DNA from: Torpedo marmorata
Lineage: Eukaryota
Direction: 5' to 3'
Assembly: GCA_977017645.1 (NCBI GenBank)
Contig: OZ360225.1
Coordinates: 186,310,001 to 186,374,000, forward strand
DNA length: 64,000 bases
The notes below the pieces were generated by a model, which worked only from the letters and a program-made list of their open reading frames with translations, did not search any database and was not told the DNA's origin. Below are positions 37,110 to 49,679 of this stretch, one piece after another (positions within the stretch are counted from its first letter, which is position 1; every line of letters starts with the position of its first letter). The position numbers were made by a program, and so were the translations under genes.

Positions 37110-38448
37110 CGTAGAACATAGAACACTACAGCACAGTACAGGCCCTTCAGCCCTCGATGTTGTGCCGACCCATGTATTCCTTAAAAAAAAGTACTAAACC
37201 CTCCCTACCCCTTAACCCTCTATTTTTCTTTCATCCATGTGCCTGTCTAAGAGACTCTTAAATGCCCCTAATATTTCAGCCTCCACCACCATCCCTGGCA
37301 AGGCATTCCAGGCACTCACAAATCTCTGCATAAAAAAACTTACACCTGATGGCTCCCCTAAACTTCCTTCCCTTCACTTTGTACACATGTCCTCTGGTGT
37401 TTGCTATTCCTGCCCTGGGAAACAGGCGTTGGCTGTCCACCCTATCTATGCCTTTCATAATCTTGTAAATTTCTATGAAGTCTCCTCTCATCCTTCTACG
37501 CTCCAAAGAGAAAAGTCCCAGCTCTGCTAAACTTGCCTCATAAGACTTATTTTCCAATCCAGGCAACATCCTATAAATCTGTTCTACACCCTCTCCATAG
37601 CTTCCACATCCTACCTATAATGAGGTGACCAGAACTGAACACAATACTCTAAGTGTGGTCTCACCAGAGATTTGTAGAGTTGCAACATGACCTCTCTACT
37701 CCTGAACTCAATCCCCCCATTAATGAAGCCCAGCATCCCAGAGGCCTTCTTAACTACCCTATCAACCTGTGCGGCGACCTTAAGGGATGCATGGATTTGG
37801 AGCTCAACATCCCTCTGTTCATCCACACTCTTAAGTAACCGACCATTAACCCTGTACTCAGCCTTCTGGTTTGTCCTTCCAAAATGCATCACCTCACACT
37901 TATCCGGATTGAACTCCATCTGCCACTTCTCCGCCCAACACTACATCCTGTCTATATTCTCTTGTAAACTTCGACAACCTTTAGCTTCATCCACAACTCC
38001 TCCAACCTTCTTATCATCTGTAAACTTACTGACCATCTTTCTGCCTCTTCATCCAGGTCATTTATAAAAATCATAAAGAGCAGGGGTCCCAGAACAGATC
38101 CTTGCTGTATTTCACTAGTCACTGACCTCCAGGCAGAATACTTTCCTTCCAAGCCAATTTTTTATCCACACAGCAAAAGTTCCATGGATCCCATGCCTCA
38201 TGACTTTCTGAAAGAGTCTCTCGTGGGGGACCTTGTCAAATGCCTTGCTAACATCCATGTAGACCACATCTACCGCCCTACCCTCATCAATTTCTTTTGT
38301 TACCACCTCAAAAAACTCAATTAGGCTCGTGAGTCATGACCTTCCCTTCACAAAACCATGCTGACTATCCTTGAGTAGACTGTACTTCTCCAAAAGCTCA
38401 TAGATCCCATCCTTAAGAATCCTCTCCAATAGTTTGTACACCACTGAC
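37110..38448 (-). mobile_element. CR1 LINE with 7-bp TSD, nested in an older CR1 tail
   Basis: SKAFDKVPH, MEFNPDKCEVMHFG. GTCTTTA at 37103-37109 and 38449-38455. Confidence 0.9.
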
Positions 38449-39175
38449 GTCTTTAATCGGGTTTTAACTGGACAGCATGTACACGTTTGGCTGTGCTGTA
38501 CGTTTCTATGATTTTATACACACATCTTCCAGTATTAAATTTGATATTTTGAAGCACCACTTGTATCCTTTAACAAGCAACAGATCACTGGCATAAAATA
38601 GAAAATGCTGTGAGGGGCGCTGGACAAAGTAGCGACTCTCTGTCTGCCTTACGGTAGACAAAAATTAAAGAATTTCATGTATGTTACATTCTAAATGTAG
38701 TATTACGTGACAATAATGGTACTTTTACCTTTACCTCAAGAGTTTGTGGAGAAACGGCCAGGTCGATGACCTGTCAACAGAACCTGAATAAAACGTCATT
38801 AACCAGAATCGTTAACAATGCTTCTCTCCCCAATGAACCTGCCGAGTATTTCCAACATGTATGATTTTATTTCAAACTGTCAGCATCTTGGTACTTGTTG
38901 TTTATCTGGATGAGTTTAATTCATTTCATAATGTGAATGACAACTTAATCCTGAATGAAATAGGAGTGCAGTGATATTGAGCTCCAAAATGAAGGCTTCA
39001 AATGACTAATCTGAATGTATGCAACTTCCTATCCCCTCAGTGCATCGTTAGCTGAGTATACAGTATAGTCAGTGGTTGTCCATTGCTTTGTCACGTGTTT
39101 TGAAGTGGGTAAGGCCTGCTGGCATTGCTCCAATGGAAGTATGAGCTGGACAGTACTTCCAACCCACTAACATGT

Positions 39176-39273
39176 AACCTTGATGATGGGCTCAAGCTCG
39201 AAATGTTGGTTATGTATCTTTATATTTGCTATATACTGTTTGACCTGCTGAGTTTCTCCAGCATTGTGTTTTT
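39176..39273 (+). mobile_element. 98-bp Penelope tail insertion with 10-bp TSD
   Basis: ACTAACATGT at 39166-39175 and 39274-39283. The insert matches 29005-29109. Confidence 0.85.
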
Positions 39274-39519
39274 ACTAACATGTGGACTTTGTTGAATACA
39301 TTTCATCTGCATTCCCCCAACTTTAACAAAAAATGATAATGGAATGCTGAAAGTCACAGCCGTAAAGGAAATAGAAAAGCTCAAGAAAGCTATGGTCTCA
39401 ATATTTTTTTTTGTTTTCTCACTGAATCTTTTGCCACAGGGTTTATTTAATTATGGCCATAACTTATGTTTCTTTACCATTATGTTTGGGTATCAAATAG
39501 TGATTAGTTAGAATTCAGG

Positions 39520-40320
39520 AAAGAGATTGAAAATCGAGTGGGATGGTGCCAAATATAACAATCTTTCTCTCAACGTCAATAAGACGAAGGAAATAATCAT
39601 TGACTTTAACAGATGGGGCAGAGTCCATATACCTGTCCACGTTAATGGCACTGAAGTTGAAAGAGTAGATAGCTTCAAGTTTATGGGAGGAAACATTTCG
39701 AATGACTTGATCTGGATCAACCCTGTGACGTGACAGTCAAGAAAGCACAACAATGCCTCCTTTCTCAGAAGGCAAAGGAAGTTTGGCACGTTCCCACCGT
39801 TCCTTAACAACTTCAACAGACGCACCATCAAAAGCATATCCGCTGTATGCATTAACAGAGGTATGAGAACAGCTCTGCTCAAGATTGGAAGTAACTACAG
39901 AGGGTAGTGAATGCAGCTCAGAACATAATGAAAACTTCCCTTCCCTCCATGGACTCCATCTACATCTCCCGCTGCCTAGGAAAGGCAGCCAACATGCTGA
40001 AAGACCCATCATACCCCAGACACACTCGCCTTTCCCTCCTCTGATTGGGGAGAAGGCTTAACAGTGTGAAAAGATGCACCAACAGGGTTAAAGATAGTTT
40101 CTTCCCAGCAACCACCAGTCTCCTGAATGAACCCCACAGGAGTGTTGTCATCCTGACCTTGCTTGGTTCTAATTGATCTTCTTTTTCAGTGTAATTCTAT
40201 ACTTGGAAAATTGTGCTCCATACAACTCGGCTGTATGTAATGCTTGAGATAACCTGTTGTCCTGTTTGCAGAAGAACCCTTCTCATTGTACGAGGTATTT
40301 TGTGACAAATAAACCAAAAC
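39520..40320 (+). mobile_element. Rex1/Babar-type LINE 3' part, degraded
   Basis: NNLSLNVNKTKEIIIDF...VERVDSFKF, gaaaggcagccaacatgctgaaagaccc, tail acaaataaacc. Confidence 0.8.
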
Positions 40321-41665
40321 TTAAGCTTAACTTTTGGCTGACTCAATTCCTCAATGTTGCTCAGAAAGATAGTGCACGGATGTAACCTTGTAAAAAGTAT
40401 TTCCTCATGCTGATCAGAGTTTCCAAGTCAGAGAAGACACAGCAACAAGTCTGGTGACTAAAAGCTGTTCTGATAACTAAAATGAAACCAAATGTTTGTG
40501 CAGTTAGAAAACACTGGACCATAAAAAAGAATCAAGGAAAGACTTCATGGGAATGAAAAAGACATTCTGCGAGGAAACACTTCAATTTGGAGGTCAAGTA
40601 CCTCAGTGGACACATTTTGTGACCAGAGCAAACAATTTTCGATGGTTAAGTCTAAAAACACCCCCTTGAGATCTCAGAGCACTTCTCAAACTTTAAACTG
40701 GGACAAAGTTAGCAGATGTCAAAGATGTGCTGTTAATGAGATCTAACATCAAACAGAAGGCCAACTTTACCCTGTCAATCTTTAGAGGTTTGAGCCCAGA
40801 GAAGGACAATAAAGAGGGAAGGTTTTGATGAAGCAGTCAGACAGAGGAAGGTCCGTACCAGCGACTAGCAGCAGCACAAGTTTGTTGGACCTTTTCCATG
40901 AATCAAACTTTCACCAGTTTCAGATGGGCCTGCTGCTTTCTAATTCATGGATCTGCTGTACACTGAATCAAGCAGACTTTGGGTATTCAAGAGGAATCCA
41001 AAACAAACCTCCAACCCACCCACTATAATTGTGAATTGCTGGATGACGATTTTACTGGCAGGTATTACAGCTGGTAATTGGAAATCTGCTCCTCTCAAAT
41101 CTTACACTACGTTCCCCTGAAAAGAGTAATCTGGAAAATATACTGCGGATCCTACCTCACAAGTGGTCAACGTTTTCTCTTAAAAATATTTCTCTTGGAG
41201 GGCTTTAAATTTAAGAGAGCCAGCAGTTGAAATATTTCCAAACAATTAATTTCCCTGCATTTTAGTGGAAGCATTAATCTTCTAAAAATTAATAGGTTTG
41301 GATGGTAGAAAAATTTCAGAGTTGATGTACATCCACCATAGCCAATCACAGCGTGTTGTCTTTTCAGTGTCATCACATTTGCTTCGGAAACCAAGATACA
41401 TTTTGAACAGTCCACAAGCATTCTACGACTGTCAGCAGAGAATTATTGAATTTGCCTATTTCAACAGCCTTAAGCTGGTTTCATGCACTCTTCATTGAAG
41501 CATCATTCTCCCAACAAAATCTCTCCTCACAGGGAAAGAAACGGAAGCACTAAATGATTCTGCTGTTGTGGAGGTCGCTCTGAAGTGGCTTGCAGTGATG
41601 TAAGATACTTCTTGAGGTGATAGGTACACCAGTCAGAGGAAAGTAGGTTAAGGAAACGTCTGAAA

Positions 41666-42287
41666 GATTTTCCTAAATCAAACATTTCATTAATAAATTT
41701 TAATTGGGCTGCTTTATAATAATATTGAAAATTAGGAAGTTGTAAACCACCCATTTCATAATTCCAAGTTAATTTCTCCATACCTATTAAAAGAACTAGT
41801 GTTAAGATGAAATTAAATATGTATCAAATAGAATTTTTACTTATTGCTTTAGCTGTTTCTAAGAAATGCATTGCTATTACATGGAAATCTGATGTAGATT
41901 TAGGGTTAGAAAGATGGCATGCAGAACTTCGTTCATGTATACCACTTGAAAAAATTACTTATAATTTACGTAATAAATATCATTTCTTTTTGAAAATATG
42001 GAGCCCATATATTAAATCTGTTGGTTTAAGGATTTGAAGATCTCCGGATATTGGATCTGACTGGCGAACCTGTGTTCCACAATAAAATTAGTTTATAGTT
42101 GTTCTTTTTAGAGTGACATTCTCCTTACTTTATCTTTTTCTTTTTCTTTCTTTATTTTCGGGAGGGAAGGAGGGGGGGTGAAAATGTATCACATGTAATT
42201 TGATAATTTTGCATTTTAAACTATGTACTAAACTAAAAATCATTTAAACTATGATTTTAAAATTTTAAATAAAATATTTTTTTAAAA
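41666..42287 (+). mobile_element. L1 insertion with an inverted 5' segment (41666 to about 41781 minus; about 41782-42287 plus)
   Basis: Minus: EMGGLQLPNFQYYYKAAQL. Plus: IALAVSKKCIAITWK...PLEKITY...KIWSPY*, then 3' UTR, AATAAA and A-tail. 16-bp TSD AAGGAAA(C/G)GTCTGAAA. Confidence 0.88.
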
Positions 42288-43217
42288 AAGGAAAGGTCTG
42301 AAACCACACCAGTTTGGTGGTGGATCTGGGTCAAATACAGTCCTTGGAAGCTGTTGCTTTTCACTCTGATTTTTATTCTTTTCTTCCAGCAGGCAACACC
42401 CCGCACCTCCTTCACATCACGCACCCTTCACCCCCTCCCACCATAACCATCTGCCACATTCCTCTCAACGTACTTAGTGGGTAAGCCAAGTGTACAGATT
42501 GTCATTCTCAATGCTTTCATTTGGCACTTCTTGAGACAACTCCAGGAGTCTGTGAGCCTAGTCTGGAGTGACTTGCATTTATCCTTCATTCCTGCAAAGA
42601 TTCAGAGATCTCTTAAAGGCAAAACTTCAAAATGAAAGTGCTTGGAAAGTATGTAAACAAACATTTATTTTTTTATTTATTCAGGGAGATGAATGCCACT
42701 TGCTTGAGTACTTTATATTCCTTGTAGTAATTTCAGCCAGTGGCAAGAGCATGGCATGTGAATGAAAGGGGAATTTTCATGGGCTGGCATTGCCACAGAC
42801 CTTCCACTGGTGCATTCTTCAGAGGCTGAAGAAGCCTCTCCACTTTTGGTTGATGCACATTGCATGGGGGAAGAACATGTTCAGGGTGGTTGACTAGGTG
42901 TACAGCATTGTTCTGCCATGGATAGTGTTGATCTTTTTCATGGTTTTCGGAGGCAAACTCACCCATGCCAGTAGACTGCTCCATTACACTCCTCACTTGC
43001 ACCATATGCATCAGGGAACGGCTTTGGGAAGTTATCAGATGATTGGCATACGTGTAGCACAGCATATGGGACTGACCCAGTGAAGTTTTGGTAAACAACA
43101 GTCGCTTTGGTATTTATGAAAGGGAATGTGTTAACAGCAATGACTGATAAACAGTGGTAGTTAAATTCTTGCTTTTTGGAAACAGTCAATGGATGGCACA
43201 GAGGTGTTACCTTTCTG

Positions 43218-44346
43218 TGGTGATGGATGTGTTAATGTTAATATTAATATTTAAAGTTAAGTTATAGAATTATATATCTTAGTAAGGTTAGTTGTGGGCT
43301 GGTACAGGGTCACACACAGGTCTCAGCACATTTGCAGGGAAAAAACCATTACTCAGAGAGAGAATCCAGTTTGGAGTCACCGCATCTACGAAGACAAAAG
43401 CCAATAATGAAACAGAAGTGCATTTAAGTGATTTAAGGACAATGTGTGGTTTTTAAAAGCCTTATGATAGCAGCTGTTGAAAACTCAAGTGCCATTTGAG
43501 TGACATATGCCAGACTATTCGGAGTCGTAATAACTTAAACCTCTTGGAACAGAGATGAGGTCAGATGTTTTTGGATGTAAGTGATTTTGAAGAAAAGCAT
43601 GAGGTAATGCTTTTGAAAATGAAACTAAAACTGTGGTGATGTAATGTCACATGATGTCAGAAATATACCGGTATAATGAAAGGAGAGAGACATTTTGAAA
43701 CAGATTGAACCAGACTGCACCAGACTAAAGAACTTTGATATTCTGGAAAGGCAGAATCATTTTATGAACAGTGATCTCTGAAGTGAATGGAGGTGCTGTT
43801 CTGTGTATTATCCTTATCATAGGAGATACACCATATAAGTGGCTTTTAAAATAAGTAAGACCACTTTCAAATTGTTTCTAAGAAAAGAGGACATCAGCTT
43901 ATGTTACTCCTGATCAAGAAAGAAATTATCGTGAAGATTACAGTTCCGTAACCCTAACAAGATAGGGGGAAATTTGTGAACACAATCGTATAAAGACTAT
44001 CTCTGAAAGACCACTCATCAAAAGACGTGTGAGTATGAAAGAAATCGAATGCTCCATTCTTGCTTTATAATAACTTCTGAATTACAATTTAAAGGGATCC
44101 TGAAGTTCAACAAAAGAAGTTGGAAACTGGACTTTAAAAATGGACTTTTTCAGATTTAAGTTTAAGCTGAAATAGTTTGGACTTTAACACACACACATTT
44201 ACATTTGCGCATAGTGGGGTTTAAGTTAGAATTAAGTTTATGTTATTAATAGTTTAAATAAAAACTATTTTTGAATTTACCATTGTCTGGTGAATTGTCC
44301 ATTGCTGTTCATTTGTTAGTACTAACAGGGTTTGTTAGTTCGTAAC
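43218..44346 (+). mobile_element. Solo LTR inserted into a tRNA-SINE (SINE continues at about 44347-44600)
   Basis: Shares acacacac..tttgcgc..ggggt(t)taagtt..aataaa..ttgtc(t)tggtgaatt..cgtaac with the other solo LTRs. Tentative TSD TCTG at 43214-43217 and 44347-44350. Confidence 0.65.
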
Positions 44347-45291
44347 TCTGTTAACTTTCAATTCTAATCCTGACATCCAATGCTTTTATCTGGAGTTTGC
44401 ATGTTCTCCTCGGTGCTCTAATTTCCTCCCACATCTCAACTACGTGTTAGTGAGTAGATTCATTGACTAAATTATCCCTGCTGTTGAATAATGTGAAGTT
44501 GATGGACATGTTAAAGATAATAGATCATAAGAAAACAAAGAGGGGAATGGGATAGATCACATTTTACTTACAGGTAACAATCACTCAATGGACCCCCTTC
44601 TACATAATGTTTAAAATGAGAACTGTTGTGACATATTTACTAGTTATGAACAATACCTGTGGCTCAAAATCTCCAAATCTTTATGGAGCACTTAATCTGA
44701 AGACACTAACCTTAAAAGAGTGTACAGAGAAAGTTCCAAAAAGTTTGTGAACAACACTTGAATAAACTACACACATGTATGGTTAATCTCCTTAATGGAA
44801 CAGCATCTAAAAATATCTCATGGAAACACATTATTAAACTGAAATAAGAAAACTGTATGATTTTGCATCACACTGTTCACCAAGATCCCTCTGCACCTTA
44901 CAGAGTGCAAAGTCACTTGGTGTCAAATATTCTCCTGTGTATATCTGTGTATGTCTACAATAGACTTCAGAAGCAAACACAGTCATCATCTGGTCCAAGT
45001 TCCAACATTGTTCAGATTTTGCTGCATGAAACCCAGACTTTTTGACATCTCCACTGCAAACAGAATTGAACATTAAACTAAATCCAAACACTGCAAATCA
45101 TGATGCACTGATGCTAATTATAATACTTAACATGGACAAATGATACCAACTTTGAATACAATTCAAAACTGAGATTATTACTTGCAGCCCTCAATTGTCA
45201 TAGTTACATTTGATTTCTTCTGCCAATTATACATACCAAAAATAAAATCTGAAATTAAATAAATTAAAGACATCTTGTTTTATTTCCTTAC

Positions 45292-45935
45292 CTCCAATGA
45301 ACTTGTGGAGAGTGTAGAAACTGTCTCGCTTTTGGACACCATCCCCGAATTCCCCGAGTCACCTGCATCGCAAAGGGTATTGGGAGGCTGGGCTTCATTT
45401 GTTGCAATCTGCGTCTGGTGACCAGGAGAAGCCCTTTCATTGCAAGAAATATTGATGCGATCCATTGGGGAGTTTTTTGCACAATACCCACTGTCTGCAT
45501 TAAGGTGAATAAGTCTAGTCTGGGGCAGTTGACTAATGTTAATATTATATTTGCTCTCATCTTTTGGTTTGGCCCTCAGGGTTGAGGTGTTGGTGGGCAG
45601 AATAACATAGTTAGCATCTATCACTGGTTCCTGTGCTCGTGCTAGTTCTGAGTCTAACTGCTTGAAAATGTCACCGTCACATATATATATTGATTTTGGT
45701 TGTTCACTCTTATTTATTTTCAAGGTATGGTCACTAAACTCATTCATGTTTAATGATCCTGGGTAGTTCAGTGATCCCTGGAGATGCATTTTCGACACAT
45801 TTGCTGGAAGACTTGAGAACCCAGATAACTTCTGATGGTTGAATTTCATTTTCATTTCATCATCGCGGACCATCGAGCGTTTCAGCGTTCCCGTGAGAGT
45901 TCCTGTTCTGACTGCGTTGATGTCTTTATTTAAAA
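45292..45935 (-). CDS. ADGRB1: ADGRB1 large cytoplasmic exon (644 nt, phase 1-0)
   Basis: ttgcag|TT ... GAG|gtaagg. Encodes [20 protein letters not shown]...LPANVSK...[17 protein letters not shown]...LPQTRLIHL...TLSTSSLE. Phase matches the previous exon. Confidence 0.95.
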
Positions 45936-46819
45936 CTGCAACATCGAGAACAATAACTAGTTTATATTTCATCAATGGAATTGGCAAAAAGTGCACATCA
46001 TTCAACACATGTTTCTGGCTGGTTCTGTTTCTGCATAATGGCTAGCAACATGTGGCAAAGTGCTACATGAACAGGAAACCACCAACAGGACCACCAGATG
46101 TTCACAGTTGTTTTATTGAACCTCTTAAAGGGCTCTATTTACATAAATATGATTGCATTCTATGGTTTCCCTGGATGACTTGATTTGTTTAATCCGTGCA
46201 TAAAAGAATAATGTTATAGCAATCAAGATATTCAAACTAAGGAATAATTCCATTGCTATAAAATTAACAAAACGTTCACTGTGTATTTAAACAGAATTGT
46301 TTTATTTGTAACAATTTGGCCTTGTTTGATTTAATTCTTTGTAATGTCTCTCCCATTCTCATTTGTTTTAAGTGAATCTATTTTACACACACCTTAAATT
46401 GAAAGGAGCTAATTATTCAAATTCATCTATAAGCACATGAAAGTTTCATTTTCCTATGAAATCGTATGTAAACAAACCTCACGAAAACGCATACTTTTAA
46501 CCTCCAATAACAGAAAAGCACGGATTTTGCATCTGACGTTTTACCCAGAATATCCTCCGTATATTAATAAAAAATGGTATTATTTCTCTCCCGATTAACA
46601 TTTAATGTTTAAGATCATCTGATATTTACATTTTCCTATCTTCTCCTACCATTTCAAAGGAAACATTCTCTGAATTCTGGTGTTATTTTGTTTAATTAGG
46701 TATAACATGTAAATGTTCTCAACTCAATGTTTTGTGGTAATCCTCCTGCACACGTCACCACTTAAATGGCATTTCTCACAGAAGCTGGTTTCATCAGTGA
46801 AATATCACGTTAGTATAGT

Positions 46820-47000
46820 TAGGGGGAGATGATCTACTGTGACTGGGATTAAAGGCAATTTGGTGGTGCAGAGGGAGCTTTATTCAGCATCTAGCCCATG
46901 CTCTTCCTAACCTGGGAGTGCTTGATCCTGACACTGCTTTCTCAAAGTAGAAAAGTGATCCACTCCCCAGCGCTGACATCCTTCACCTTGATAAACTAAA
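46820..47000 (+). mobile_element. Ancient SINE 3' part, tentatively AmnSINE2-like
   Basis: ggtgcagagggagctttattcagcatctagcccatgct...cctgggagtgcttgatcctgacact...ccccagcgctgacatccttcaccttgat resembles the consensus as I recall it. Not verified. Confidence 0.45.
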
Positions 47001-47509
47001 AAGAATATGAATTTAAAAAAAGAATAACTAAAACTGTGTCTCAAGTAGTGTTGCAATACAATCCATCAGCACCCACACTCAGCTCTCCTCAAGGAAAAAA
47101 AAACAACTCAAATGTGCAGTTTATAAATACATATTTTCCACAAGAACAGCGAGTAAAATGCCAACTGTATGTTTTAATTATAGCTGTTTCAGAGACAACT
47201 AATCAGACCAGTTATAATCACTCCTCAGAGGATCTTGGACATTATTTATCACGATAAACAAAAATGCATCACACATTGTTACTTTCAATCCTTTATCAGC
47301 TGTAGATGTACGCTTGATCAGTGCACCAAATGGAGTGCCAATTTGGATCATGAGCTTTTAGCAAGTTCTCCATACCAACAACTGAAGAATGCTGTAATAA
47401 AGCAAACAAATGGAAGTGGGTGAGTTTCCTCTGAGCTTTCCCTGTTAATCATTGAGCTGTCACTGGAAACCCCTCAAAATATGTGAATGTCTCCAATGGG
47501 GTAATTCTG

Positions 47510-47625
47510 CTGTGTTCAGTTTATTTTTTGCACTACCAATTAGTGGTAATTCTGCCGCGCCCGCAGGAAAAAGGAATCTCAGGGTTGTATGTGATGTCAT
47601 GTATGTACTCTGACAATAAATCAAA
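47510..47625 (+). mobile_element. Short LINE 3'-tail fragment (Rex1-like)
   Basis: aggaatctcagggttgtatgtgatgtcatgtatgtactctgacaataaatc. Confidence 0.55.
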
Positions 47626-47981
47626 AATCTGCTGAATCAAGGAAAACTCCCAGAAAACTCAACCGTAAATCAACAGAATGACCATAACAGTTTTGAAGAC
47701 AAGTAGAAAAATATCACAACAAGTATTCATCCCGTTTAGCATCAGCAGTGACACTTAAAGTACCCCGGAGCCATTGGTTTTGAAGAGAGGAAAAGGAAGG
47801 AAAAATCAGTTTCATCTCCAGATAGCATCCAGAAACCACCTACAGATTACGCACAAGCACATAATTGAGAATGTGATTGGATTCAGGTGACTCCCCTCAC
47901 ATAAACACAGTCTGCAGAGCATTCCCACAGCAAGAATCATGGGAGAGGAGAAAATAAAGCAAGAATTATTTTATCACTTAC

Positions 47982-48021
47982 CTGATCTACATGCCATATC
48001 TACATCCTTTTCAAAGTCAGT
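47982..48021 (-). CDS. ADGRB1: ADGRB1 40-nt coding exon (phase 0-1)
   Basis: ttttatag|ACT ... TCAG|gtaagt. Encodes TDFEKDVDMACRS plus 1 nt. Absent from the ORF track. Confidence 0.95.
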
Positions 48022-48106
48022 CTATAAAAGTTAGGGAAAAATAGTTTAGAAGAGATGACAAATATTGCTACTGAGTGTCTTTTCCCTGACATTTCACTTT
48101 CAATCA

Positions 48107-48960
48107 ACATAGAACATTGCAGCACAGTACAGGCCCTTCAGCCCAAGATGTTGAGCTGATCTATGTAAAGCTACTCCACAACAACCTAATTTTTCCTTAC
48201 CTCACATCCATAACCCTCTATTTTTCTTACCTCCATGTGCCTGTCTAAGAGTCTTTTGACTGTCCCTATTGTACCAGCCTCCATTCCAGGCACCCACCAC
48301 TCTCTTACCTCCACTCAACTTAAACATGATGTCCTCTGGCATTTGCTATCATCACCCTGGGAAAAAGGTGCTGGCTGTCCACCCTTTCTATACCTCTCAT
48401 AACCTTGCATACCTCTATTAAGTCACCTCTCATCCTTTGTCACTCTAAAGAGTAAGCCATGTTCTCCAATCCAGGCAACATCCTAGTAAATCTCTTCTCC
48501 ACCCTCTCTAAAGCATCTGCATCCTTCCTGTAATGAGGTGACCAGAACTGAACGCAATATTCCAAGCGTGGTCGAACCAGAGTTTTATAGAGCCGCAACC
48601 GCAACATTACCTCACAGCTCTTGAACTCAATCCCCCGACTAATGAAGACCAGCACAACATATGCCTTAACAACCCTCTCAACTTGCGCGACAACGTGAGG
48701 GATCTATGGACCTGAACCCCCAAGATCTCTTTGTTCCTCCATACTGTAAAGAATCCTGCCATTAACCACATACTCCGCCTTCAAGTTCGACCTTCCAAAG
48801 TTCATCACTTCACGCTTATCCAGATCGAACTCCGTCTGCCACTTCTCCGCCCAATTCTGCATCTGATCTATAACCTGTTTTAACCTTTGCTTCTTCACTA
48901 TCCACAACACCTCCAACCTTTTTTATCATCTGCAAACTTACTGACCCACCCATCCATTTT
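48107..48960 (-). mobile_element. CR1 LINE 3' fragment ending about 85 nt before the 40-nt exon acceptor
   Basis: LYKTLVRPRLEYCVQFWSPHYRKD, WAEKWQ, acatagaaca tail. Confidence 0.88.
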
Positions 48961-49679
48961 CCTTCCTTGTTCTCGCAATAAATGCTGTCTGAACCCAACC
49001 AGGTGGTAGAATGCTTCAGTCTTCACTCTCAAAACTGCAGTGAAATGGATGCTTCTCAATGCCTAAAAGAAGAGTTTCTGAGTGCCAGATTAAAAAAAAA
49101 CATACCCTGCTATGATGACTTGGATGCTAAATCCACTGAAAAAGACACCATATAGTGAACTTCACATAACAAGTTGCCATTTGAAAGCCTCAACAGAAAG
49201 GAACACTGACTGGAAAACTGGCAAGTTGGAAGTGGTGTTATTTGAGTATATTAACCTTTGTGCCCAATTCTCAAAACCGCTCTGTAGCCACTTCCTTTTC
49301 TGTTGTGGGCCGTAGTGGAACATTCCTTTCTCTCTGGAGCCCACAAATGCATGACTCACACCTCTGCTGATTCTATTCAGTTTCATCACTCACACTGGTC
49401 GGAGGGTGCACCCTGAGGTTTTCCCACCAATTTTGATTTGAATTAGCAATCAGGGATCTCTACATGTCAAAAAACATTGATTTCTGCATTTAAAGGTGTT
49501 TTAAACAAGTGGGCAACTTGTACAGTTGGCAATTAAATAGCCATACTTTTGGTTTAAGGAGTTACTGACTCTATGTTGAGATTGACAGTGCCTTTAATGC
49601 TTGGTCAAGACAGTGAAATCCAGTACCACTGTTTCTATAAGCAATTTAAAAGCTATCACTGGTGATGACTGAAGATATA

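Noticed and set aside
45936-46008. N-terminal part of the 242-aa ORF as a standalone gene start
   Set aside because: BAI1 similarity begins at the CAG acceptor (45935). The upstream residues are open intron.
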